NCBI RefSeq assembly: GCF_036321535.1
Contig: NC_087447.1
Coordinates: 39,248,001-39,312,000 of the forward strand
Direction of reading: 5' to 3'
DNA from: Camelus dromedarius
Taxonomy: Eukaryota
DNA: 64,000 nt
In this document: one piece after another, positions 23,641 through 35,299 of the stretch
Position numbering within the stretch: position 1 is the first letter of the stretch
Layout of the letters: each line of letters begins with the position of its first letter
The notes under the pieces: model-generated
Seen by the model: only the letters and a program-made list of their open reading frames with translations
Told to the model about the DNA's origin: nothing
The model's database searches: none
Program-made: the position numbers and the translations under genes

Positions 23641-25349
23641 AGAATCATAGCTATCTCTTAGCAGCTGACCCAACTGAAAGTAGATTATGTTGATATGTGT
23701 ATATGTGCTTTGATTTTTTTTTTAACCAAGGGGGACATATCTGGGTATACAAAAATGGGAATTTTAAAAAGTCTGTCATTAATGGGTTAACCAGTGTTTG
23801 TAACTCTTTCAGCTATTTTTATTTTTAAAGATCATCTTTGGCTCTTTTTTGAATGGGATGGTCCTAGCAGCTCAGAATGGGAGAGCAGTAATACCTCATT
23901 TGGAATGTGTCCTAGACCGTGTAATTAGGCATTAGACTAGATCTTGTTTGCAGACATGGCCAAGATTCCAGAGATCTTGGTGCTCATATGTCAAAGGGGC
24001 TTTTCCATTTGGTGGAGGGGTGTTTGCTAGAGGGAGCTAAAGCACCAGTGACTGCACTGCTTCTCAGCAGAAGCCCTGAAGATCAAACAGACACTGTCTT
24101 TAAAAAAACTAGCATAAGTTTTGCTCTGCTTTGCTAGAATGAGCAGCACTAAAATTCATGCTCCAAATTAAAAAAAAAAAAAAGTTAGTTTCTAGTTAGT
24201 AAAGCAAAGAAAAGTGTTAACTTAAAAAAATTGCAGTATGCTTTTGAGAAAGGAAAGAGGAGATGGGTTGGGGGAGAATTTGACCTAACACATTATCAAA
24301 GCATACTGCAAAAGTGTGGTAATTTAAATAATCTGGTGTTGGTTTAGAAACAGATCAATAGATGAATGAAAAGGCATAGCATCTAGAACAAAGAAAAAAG
24401 ACCATCCATTGCTTTTTTCCCTCAGACTATAAAACTGATACCTATTTGTGACAAAAAATTCACAAACATGAAGAAGAAAATAAAAATTAATCTATAATCT
24501 CAGTAAGCACATATAACCCCTGTTAAAATATTGATGTATTTTCTTTGTCAAGATTTCCTTATAACTCTATTATACTGTGACCTAATTTTTATCACACTGA
24601 AATTTTGCTTGGTATCTTGCTTTTTAAAATTGATCTACTGTGACCATTCCCCCATGTCATTAAGCTTTCTGCTACAACAAAATGGCTAATGGTTACAGAG
24701 TATTCTATTGTATGGGGTAACCATACACCAATATGCAAAACCCTCACATTGTTTCTAATTTTTCTCAATTATAAACAGTTTTGAGCAGAATATAGGCTTA
24801 TGAAATGGGCCCTCAACTTCCCTACCCTACATCATTAGTGCACCGGGTTTCAAAGAATCCGTTGGTATAGACAAGGAATAAAACTTACATATTTTTTCTT
24901 GTAAGGGTTTTGGGGTTTTTCTCCTCCTGTGGCTACTTCTCTCTGTCATAAATCTTATGTTAAAGACACAAGAAAATTTATATGCAGTCCAATTAAAAGT
25001 AAAGCAGGAAATAACTATAGCTTGATAAGTGGTCTTTGAAAAATTTATTACTGCAATCCTATGTTTCAAAGGGCACTCCAGCTATCAAAAGGATTGATTA
25101 ACATTAAAACTTACTGTAAATAAAGATATCCAAGTCTTGAATACCAGTAGAGTTATCTAGGTTTGGTTGTTTTGTTATTCTTTTTGCCCCCTGTGCTGTG
25201 TCTTTTCCTTTATTTATCTATTTGTTAAATCGTTTCTTGGTGCATTTGTACAACTGTCAGAGAGAGGTAAGGAAATATGATCAAATGATGTTACTTCTTA
25301 GCCCTTGGGAGGTTGGATAAGGGACACAAGGTGAAAGTCATCAGCAAAA

Positions 25350-26070
25350 CAAGGTTGTACACTGGCTCTTTTGCTTGTAAATTTCCCTCACTCTCAGTGC
25401 CTCTGTCCACGTTAATCTGGTTCACACCTGCTTCTCGGCTTAAAGGTCACTTCCTCAGGGAAGCCTTCCCTGACCTCCAAGGCATAAAAAGCACCCTAGA
25501 CTTCCTCTCTCAAAGCATCATTACACTTGTAATTTCTTGTCTTCCCATAAACTCTGTGAGGCAGACACCACACCTGTAGGATTCCCTTATATCTCCCACA
25601 GATATCTCCCATAGATAGCTATCAAAATAGTTGCATATTTACAAAATCAGATATTGTTTCAACAAGTGAATAAAAAACAACAGAGAGGTAAAAGTGGGCT
25701 ATTCTTCTTCCATGGATACACACAAGATATCTCCTTCCATAGACACATATAGGAGTCAATCACTCCCTTCAATTATCACGCCCCATCAGAGAAAACTCCC
25801 CAGATCACCCTTTGTAAAACAGCAGCCTCCTCGGTTCACCCGATCCTGTCACTCTCCACCCGTTTACCCTTCTTGGCTTTTCTTCAAAACACTTTTTACT
25901 ACCTGACAATTTGTTATGTATTCATTTATGTGTTCTATGTTCTACTCAACAAGATCTGTGAGGGGAGGGATATTTTTACTGCTGTATTTCCCACACTTAG
26001 AATAGTCCCTCTAGCATATAGTAGGTGTGTAAATATCAGTTGAATGAGTGAATAAATCAATGAATATGAA
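25350..26070 (+). mobile_element. Two tandem L2 3' fragments
   Basis: aaggtcacttcctcagggaagccttccctgacc; gtaggtgtgtaaatatcagttgaatgagtgaataaatcaatgaat tail. Confidence 0.6.
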
Positions 26071-28039
26071 TGAGATTCCAGACTGCAGCACAACTGGGCC
26101 ATTTGGCCTTCTGAGTGTGTTATATCAGACTTCAGCAAAATCCATTATGTTATAGTATAAGGACAGAAGAATAAATAAATTATTCTTTAATTTTTCCTTC
26201 AATTACTTGCATTGTTCCTATTATTTCTTAGCCATTTTTAGATTTGCTACTCTCAAAATGTTTATGTTTTACTACTTAATAGTGAGTTGACAATGTGTTC
26301 ACATAAAGTATTTCATTGGGTGTAAATGAAAACAAACAACAAACTTTCCCAAAATTTATAGTGGAAACAGGGTTTTGTTTGTTTTGGGGCTTTAGTGATC
26401 ACAGAGTCCAACAATAAAGGGTAAGAAGTTTGATTCATCTTTGAGAAAATAAGTTGTCATATCAACTGGATATGATATTATGCTATCCTTTAACATGTAA
26501 ATATAAAGCTAGACCATAAATATACAGAAAAAGTCAAAGAAAATAATATAAATAATGCTACATGAAAAATAAGACCCTCATCATAAGCAGAGTGAATAAA
26601 ATTTAGTCAGTAAGATGCATACATATGGAAAAAGTTGTAAGTGTTCATAGAGAAAGGTCAATATTATTGAAGAAGTTATGGGATAAACTTTCTGCAAAGT
26701 TGCTTATAATAATAAAAATAATTTAAAAAGGAAACTTGGAGAGCCAAGTATCCCAGAACACTTTATGTGTTCTCTGGCATCACTTCATGTCATTCTGGTT
26801 TCCTCTCCTTGGTTAAAGTCACAAGTTACTCACCTTCAAACTGCACAGCCCTTGAGATAACTTGCCCTGGCTGGGATGAGCCCCTGGAAAATCCCAAGGT
26901 GATCTGCTCTTTGGCCTTGGAGCCCCTTTTTGTCTTGATAAATTAACTGAGAAATACCAAGAGTCGCGCTGTGAATTTCCAGCTCCAAGATGCATTCAAA
27001 GGGACTTACAGTGCACTAGTAGTGCTTAGTGTTATTTTTATTTTCAAATATTCTCCAGCTTAAAGCCCTGCTCCTGGAGAAGACACTTTGCTGCCCAGGA
27101 ACATTCAGAGCTAAGGGACCACCACATTATAACACCACAGCCCCACACTCCACACCATGTCATTGCCATAACCAAGGGTTCCAGTCTGGATCCAGATGAG
27201 GAAAGCCTATTTTTTTCTCAGCTTCTAGGGAACAGCAGGTTTTAGAAAATGCAGGTAACCAGGTCTTTTCATGTATCCCTATCCATCCTCTCTTCTTATC
27301 ACAGGAGCCCTATCGGCATCTTGGAAGGCTGGCTGAGACCCCTGGTTCCTTACAATGTTCAGGAGTAAACCTTTCCAAGTAGGTGAAGCTAAAATAGTTG
27401 GCAACCTCCCTTTGAAAATCACACTCCCTCCCCCACAACTGCCTAATCCTAGCAGTTAAGGATATATCTGACAAACAATGATTCCACAGTCCCAGAGATA
27501 AAGAATACATTAAGACTTTCAGTCTATTTAATACTTCAGACCAGGTTTTAAGCATCCAGCTGTCTTCATTTGCAAGGCATCACATATTTTCACACTCCGC
27601 AAATGGGGCTATTGAACAATGATGAATGAATGAAGTACAATGCAACTATTTTTAGTATGGTAATTGTAATTAAAAGGCAGTGGAATGATAATCTTGCCCA
27701 GGCACGCCTGAGATCTCCTTTCCATTTTCTCAAAACAATACTTTCTATGTCTGGCTGCAGAGACTTGTTGCTTGTTTTCCTTCTGGTGAAGAATAGGTAA
27801 CACTTGACATTCTTTCTAAACCAAGTGAAATTGTGGTTTTGGCTAGACACAATCTTCCCTTCTTTTTCCACTTCTCCATTTGCACATTCTGGGGGATGAA
27901 ATTTCTTTTCCGTATATAGTGATAAATTATCATGAACCAAATCAGTTTTTTAGGAAGATAACTCTATTGCCTGTCTGTACATTTTTTTTTTAGCTTATGG
28001 TGGCTTATTACTAAAAAGAGACAGGAAGTATACCTAATG

Positions 28040-28470
28040 ATAATAATAATACTTTTATAGTGCTTACCATATGCCAAAAGTTATTCTAAACACTTTGTAA
28101 ATATTGACTCAACCCAACAGAATCCATACAACATCTCTAGAGGTGTTTCTATTTTATCCTCACTTTATAAAATGAGGAAATTGATGCATAGAGAAGCTAA
28201 GTCCAAGGTAAGTCCTAGAGTCCTAGCAAGTCAACAGCCAAGTCAGAATTCAAAACCAGCATCTGACTTCAGAGTCTCTGCTCTCAATCTATCTGCTGTG
28301 CCCACAGCAGCACCCTGAGATCTGAGCATTATCCCCATTTTTCGGGTGAGGCCACTGAGGCTTGGAGAGGTGAAGTTACTTGCCCGACATTGCAAAACTG
28401 GTAAGCAGCTGACCTAAGATTCAACCCAGGTTCAACTCTCCTTGGCTCCAATGTCTGCGTTCTTTCCATC
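28040..28470 (-). mobile_element. Two MIR SINEs
   Basis: Antisense MIR cores (aatgaggaaattgatgcatagagaagctaagt; gaggccactgaggcttggagaggtgaagttacttgccc). Confidence 0.65.
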
Positions 28471-28968
28471 CCCTAAATAGCACTACGTCAGTACTTTTTA
28501 TTCCTACTGTTTTTTTTAGGTTTATCATGGCTCAGCTAGACTTGTGTGGGCTAGGGTGACAATCCAGTCATCACAAAGAACTTTCCCCCCATTACAAAGT
28601 GTCTTCTTACTTCCAAAAACTCACCTCATAATTGACTATTTGCAATTCATTATTACTTCTGAAAGTTATGGATTAATCAGCATTAAAAAATAAGATCAGA
28701 TTCTAAAATACTAGGTATTGCAGACTTTTGAAAAGATAGGCGAATATTCCATTTTGGTTCTTATTTTCTCAAGTTGGTTACACTAGAGAAATACATTTTC
28801 TCTAAAACAAAGCAATGACTAGAAACACAAAGATATATAAATAATGCTTTATTATCTTTTTTTCTTGACTACCATGCTTCTAAACTGCACTTACTCTCTG
28901 CAGAGCAAGCAATAAGAGGCCATTAACTGCAATGCAGAAAGATTTTTTTCTCCTTTTTTTTTTTTTTT

Positions 28969-29940
28969 TTTTTAAGGCTTCCCTCTCCAAGTTTCTGTTT
29001 GCAGGAAAGTCCTTGGTGCACACTCGAACACACCGGGGAAAGTGCACTAGATGAGCCCGCCTGGAGAATGACTCTAAAGATAAAAGCTCTTTGGAAAGCA
29101 AGCATTCAGACCTAATTATCATAGAACACCACAGAATAACACATCACTCATATTCACTCGTACACATGAAGACCCAAAGGGCCTTGTGTATGTTTTTATT
29201 TCTGTTTCAGCAAATTTTAAGCTGAAGTACGACTTCCACGTTCAGCATTAGTGAGGCTTTTGCTGTGCTGTGAAATTTGCTGTCATTCGTTTCCTGGGCC
29301 TTACTGTTTTTGAGACCAACTCAGCCAACAACAGAGTCCTGCTTGCTCTCTCCCGCCTGGGTCATTAGAACCTGATTTATTGAACAGTGTTCTTCCACCA
29401 CAAGGTGCGCCCACTTAAAAATATCTATCCTGAGGGGAGAGTATAGCTCAGTGGTAGAGCACATGCTTAGCATGCATGAGGTCCTGGGTTCAATCCCCAG
29501 TACTACCATTAAAATAAATAACTAAAAAACCAAAAACCAAAAAACCTAACTCCCTCAAAAAAAAAAAAAAAAAACCCCACAAAAATATCTATCTCTTAAA
29601 ACAATGACAACTGATTCTTTAAAATAGAAACATTCTTAGGTGCTATTTAAAAGAATAGACTTAGGAATCCATTGGTAAAGGATTCCTTTGGAATCCTTTG
29701 GAAGGAAACGTTAAAAGAGGTATATATGTATTTGAACATTTACTTCACAGAATGTAGAGAGAAAAAAAAAACTGTGGGACATCAGATTTAAGAATTCCTG
29801 GTATTCTGTGTTAAAATCATTTTGAATCTGCTATATATATATGTGTATTTATATATATAGCAGTGCACTTCCCCCAGTGTGTTTGAGTGTGCACCAAGGA
29901 TTTTCCTGCAAACAGAAACTTGGAGAGGGAAGCTTAAAAA
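28969..29940. repeat. Long inverted repeat: ~80-bp arms at 28969-29048 and 29862-29940
   Basis: Hand alignment of the left arm to the reverse complement of the right arm gives 4 substitutions and 1 indel. Confidence 0.95.
29432..29580 (+). mobile_element. tRNA-Ala-derived SINE (vic-1-like)
   Basis: Same head and A-rich tail; TSD aaaaatatctatc on both sides. Confidence 0.85.
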
Positions 29941-32935
29941 ATATATATATATATATATATATATAAAATCATATACATTAATGTATAAGATACGTTATAT
30001 ATATATTTCCAATGTCAATAGAGACATTTATTTTCTACAGGTACATCATTCCACAAAATTTGCTATTACCTTTCTCTGTCACATATTATTTGTTGACACT
30101 TCTCAAAAAAAGTTAACTATGTTTGTGGCCTCCTGTTATTCACTTCAAAATCCTTCTGTATCCTTCCATACACCCACTTTTCTGAATCAGAGTTCCTGAA
30201 AGTCTTCAAGAATATCCTAAAGTCAAATGGCTTTTCCTTAGTCTTCAGTCTCTTTGACTTGAGAATGACGCAAATAAACCGATTGGACCGTGATCTCTCC
30301 AGCTGCTCAACAATGCTATAAGGAGTATATGATTATCTTCATTTCACAGGTAAGGACAGAGAGGTTAATTAACTTGCCCAAAGTCACACAGCTGCAAAGA
30401 CAAAAAAGAATCAAGACACCACTTCCAAATGAACATGGTCTCAGGCTTTGTTTTTTGTTCTTACTGTTTCTTACTCTTTGTGGAAAACTCAAATTGTACA
30501 AAACTATACAAAGTGGAAAGTTAGGGCTTCCCATAATCCTGCCACTAAGGTGTGACGTTGGACTTTCACTACGGTTTTGCCCCCAGCAATGCTGGCATAC
30601 TTCGTATTTGCAATGCTGAAATGCTCTCGCATACCCAGGTCCTCTGCAAGGGCTAGTTCTCTCTGTAGCTGGCTTAGAAACAAGGGGATTCAGAGCCACT
30701 CTCTTACCATCTCTGTTACAGGAAGTGGACGCCAAACTGTTCTGGCTCCAAAAGGAGCCACGCCCATTTGGGGTGAAAGAACTTCAGAGAGTTTGCATCA
30801 CTGCTTAGAAGGACAGGCCAAATACAGCAGGAAGAGGACAACGAGAGACTCCCTGTGCCGACCACCCAACAGGAAGAATTCAGAGGCAAAATCTGATTGT
30901 TCATTCCTCCCAACTTTCACTTCTCTTTAAGAGATATCATTTGGGTTTCCTCTGTAACAAACACTACAAATTCAGCAGGAAAATTAATCGCAACAAAATG
31001 ATATTCTGGGGTCATTTTATAATTCTGAATAAAAGCTGGAGGTGGTCAAATTTCTAAACCCTACAGGACTAAAGGCAGCTTTCCAAGCAGGGTTAGGCAA
31101 CGCTAACTGTTGAGGAGGAAAACTAATTAGTATCCTGTGTGAACTCTCTTGTCTTTTTTTAGGACCGGAAATCAAATGGGAAGGGTTCCCTCCTGTTCCA
31201 AGTGAGTTCCCGAAGAATTACTCATGCTTCTTAACCTATGAGTCAGACAGGAGTCTAGGAGAGTGTTTCCAAAACAGGCCGACAATAAGATAAACAGAGC
31301 AATTCAATTGATATGTGACAGTCTGGAGACGCAGGGCTGCAACTGCCCAAAACAAGTGATCGAGTCTAGAGCAAGGGGACAGTAATGGGGATGGCTCAAT
31401 TTCCCTAGAGAATCCGTGGATACTTGGAGCCCGGCAAACCCACTCGGAGCGTTTCCTGAAAATGAACGTCCACAAGGAGGTTTGTTTTCAGATCCTCTAT
31501 TCAATTTGTTTGACTTAGTATCTTGGAATTATGGCATCTTCCCCACCAGTGACTCAAGGAGCTGACTGCCATCATACTGCACACTGCCTGGCTCTCTAAA
31601 AGCTTTGGCTTTCAATGCGTTTTGATATCTCACAGCACAGGATATTCATCATTTTGGGACTCTGGGCTTGTTCCCAGTGTCCATGTTTGCCATCGTTGAC
31701 TGCAGCCAGAAAAATAACTCCTAAATGACAAAGGCTTTCCCCAATTGAAATATAAAGTCATCGAGAAAGCTCAGCTTAGGAAATAACCCAGCATCAAGCT
31801 GGACTGTCTCGTGGGCACATAAAGGATAAGTTTCCTCTCTGCTCCCTCTTGGAAGGAGTCTGAAGCCAGCTCTCAGCTCTGTCTGAGCCTGTGAAGGGCC
31901 TAAAGGCATCTCCTAAGCAGGAATGTAGCAGTGTGCACGGGGCCACATGAGGACACTGCCCCACCCGCCTGGTTCCTGTCATCCCTAGAGATGATGCCTG
32001 GGTGGGTGTTCAGGGTCCACCCTACCAGGGAGGAAGAGCTACAACTGATTGATGTTTCTCTCCATCCCCCATTAAACCCACTGCGGTACAGAGGCCAGGC
32101 TAGGGTGAGGGTGGGGTGTCCATCCTCCACACAGCAGTCAGAGTGATTCCTAAACACTGCTCTGATCACCTCCCACCTCCTAAAAACCTTTGAGGGAACC
32201 CTCCCCTGATATACAACTACAGGAGAAATTCCAAAGTTCTTCATGGGCCATTCAAGGCCCTTCACTCCTTGACTCTCTCCCTAACTTTTGACTTCATCAC
32301 CAGCCACTCCCTGACCCTCTCACCACAACTTCCTGCTAGTTATTTCCTGAAAACACTGTGTACTGTCAGGTCTGCGTTCTTTATGCATGCTGCCCCTTCT
32401 ACCTAGAATGCCATCCCCTTACTGACTACCTCCTGCCCAGGCCCCCCAGCATCACTCTTGTTGCAGGAGAGCTCTGATTCCCACCCCTGCCTGAGTTCAT
32501 TGCTCCCTGATGCATGCTTCTGTTGCACTGTGGAAAGGCTGTCTTCTAACAGTTATGACCTGTGTGGGGTTGTTCCTTGTGTCAGTCCTCCCCACTTGAC
32601 CGTGAGCTCCCTGAGGACGGGCACTGGGTCTGCTCCATCCTCGGCTCTTGAAAAATCAACAATATTTAATGGAATGAAGGAGAGTTTTGCACATCAGTTT
32701 TGCATACTCTTTGCTATTCAGATAACGGCAAGAAGTTAAAGATGCTGTACCCCAGCTCCATGCTCTCCTTCCTTGCAGCTTTTTTGCAATTTCAATCTGA
32801 CTTTCAGGAACAATTGGCTTGCATCATGAAGCTTATGATATTCAGTTTCAAAGGGTAATGGTTTCAGGGTGTACTGATTTCTCTGTTTACCTGTTTAAGA
32901 TAGGGACAGACAGCAAACCTATAATATACTACCAA

Positions 32936-32936
<1 letters not shown>

Positions 32937-32987
<51 letters not shown>
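32937..32987. repeat. (CT)n(CA)n compound microsatellite
   Basis: Directly visible. Confidence 0.9.
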
Positions 32988-33254
32988 TCCACAGAGACAG
33001 AAATTCCTAATGATACATAAATAAGGCTTATAATAAAAAATTTAGCACGTAATAAAACATTTTAAATGCCACTTAATACAAAAAAGCTGCTTAGTACACA
33101 GGTGTTTTCAGAAGGGCACAGCATGTCCTCAGCGGGGTGAGGTGCTAAAAAAAAAAGTAACTTGAAAGGAAGAGGATTTGTGTGAGTTTTATTTATTATT
33201 GCATCCAAAACACATAATAGGTGCTCAATAAATACTTTTGAGTGGATTAAGCTA

Positions 33255-33461
33255 CAATTGACCCTCGGTAACTGCAGGTAATTAGTTCCAGAATCCAACC
33301 TGGATACCAAAATCCATAGATGCTCAAGTCCCATGATTGCCCTCTGTATCCCTGGTTCCGCATCCAGGGATTCAACCAACCTGGGATAGAAAACGTTAGT
33401 ACACAATCCACAGTTGGTTGAATCTGCAGATGTGGAACCTGTGGATACAGAGGGCCAACTC
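33255..33461. mobile_element. Tigger2/MER2-family MITE (TcMar)
   Basis: Ends caattgaccctcggta... and ...gatacagagggccaact match MER2/Tigger2 TIRs; TA at the left flank; ggataccaaaatccatagatgctcaagtccc motif. Confidence 0.75.
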
Positions 33462-34499
33462 TAGTCTTTTAAGCCAACATTCCAGTTGGAATTTGGGGGT
33501 TGATTTCATCACCTCAGTGCCTACTCCTGCCTGGTCAGCTCCCTGGCCCCACCCCCTGTGTTTCCCAGGGGCCCACTCCCTCATCCCGGGGATGACTTCC
33601 ACCACCTTCTCCATGTAACACATGCCTCTTCACCTTGCAGCACATTTTCATACGTCATCTCCATTATGACACTTTCCTCGAGCTGTTAGTTACTCCTGTT
33701 TCCACATTTCCCCATGTTTGTTTATTCTACCACAAAATTAGAAAATGCTCCTGGGAAACTCGAGGAAGCATCGCAGAGGTGTATAAAGTCAAAAGTGAAG
33801 TCCTCCCTTCCTGTTCTCGTGGCTCCAGGTGGCCATGGGCACCACTGCGTGCTTTTCTCTGCACTTACATATTCTAAATCTTCTCTTTTAAATAATATTA
33901 AAAAAGGGACCATGATACACTCTTAGAAAGTACAAGCCAGATCTTCCAATAATCCCACGGAGTGAAATTTTTCAATTACTGTGTCTCATTTTTCTTTTCA
34001 CGTGAGAAGAGAACAACCTTGTTCTTTCAATGGCTGGTTATCCGTCCATTGTGTGCTTGTACCATCATTTAAAAATCAATTTCTTGGTGGCTATTTAGGT
34101 AGCTCCTATTTTTTGAAGTTACAAGCGATACTGAGATAAATCCTTTTATACATTTGAGTGGCTATTTCTCTGTTGTTGCACCAAAAGGCATCCCATTTTG
34201 TATTTTGAAAGCTACAGCCTGATCGTCCTCTAAAAAAGCAGTGCCCAGTTACACTCCCAACCACAGTTCATGAGAATGTCTGAATCTTCACAGCCATGAC
34301 TGGGTATTGCCACGGTGTTTCATTTTTGTTATCAAATTAGTCAACAACTTTCCTGTCTTCAATTGTTGACGTTAAATAGTTTTTCCTATGTAATCATCCC
34401 TTGTGTCCTTTGTCTGTAAACTGTTGTTTAGTTTCATTGCTTGTTTTGCTCTTGGAGTGTTCAATTTCATTTTTTACTCATTTACAATGGCTTTTAAAA

Positions 34500-34737
34500 A
34501 ATTGTGGTACAATGCACATAACATAAAATTTATCATCTTAACTATTTTTAAGTGTGCAGTTTGGTGGCATTCAGTACATTCACGTTGTTGTGCACCCGTC
34601 ACCACCATCCATCTTCAGTACTCTTTTCATCTGGCAAAAGTGAAACTGAACCCATCAAATACTAACTCTCCATTCCACAGCCCTCAGGTCCCTGGCAACC
34701 TCCATTCTCTTTTCTGACTCTTAATCTGAATGCTGTC
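34500..34737 (-). mobile_element. L1M 3' end with 13-bp TSD, nested in an older L1 fragment (about 33760-35030)
   Basis: cataacataaaatttatcatcttaactatttttaagtgtgcagtt...; TSD atggcttttaaaa at 34487-34499 and 34738-34750. Confidence 0.75.
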
Positions 34738-35299
34738 ATGGCTTTTAAAACAGTGTGCACGAGAACTTTTGTTGGTTAAAAATGTTAGACTTACTTTGCC
34801 AAATTTTTAGTTTGCTTTTAACTTTGTAATATGTCTTGTCATGTAGAAGGTGCTCATTTTTTTTAAGCTTCACACTTTATGTCAGTAAACATGACCATCG
34901 TTTGCTTCATGGCTCTTGCATTTTATGTTTTGCTCTGAAGAACCTCCTCACCCTAAAATGATAAGTATTTTCCTGATTTCTTCTGGTAATAAAAATATTC
35001 GGATCATACCCATATGAAGCACTTCTTTTTATTCTAGTTCACAGTAATGACCAGCATTAATGAGAACTCTGTTCCAGGCACTGCGCTAAGTTCACGTCAT
35101 GTATTATCTCATTTAATCTTCATAACTAGCCGATGAGGTAGGTCCTAGTGTTATCTCCATTTAATGATGAGAAAATGGAAGGCTCAGAGAGTTTAAATAA
35201 CCTGTCTACTCCAAGTGGCAAAGCTGTGATTTCAACCTGAGCCATCTGACTGCCCTCTAACCACAAAGCTACGGATCTGTTTTCTCTGTTAAATGGCGC

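Noticed and set aside
29434..29508. tRNA-Ala(AGC)-like sequence (also the four other copies)
   Set aside because: It is followed by a SINE body and A tail and flanked by TSDs, with no oligo-T terminator. These are SINE heads, not tRNA genes.
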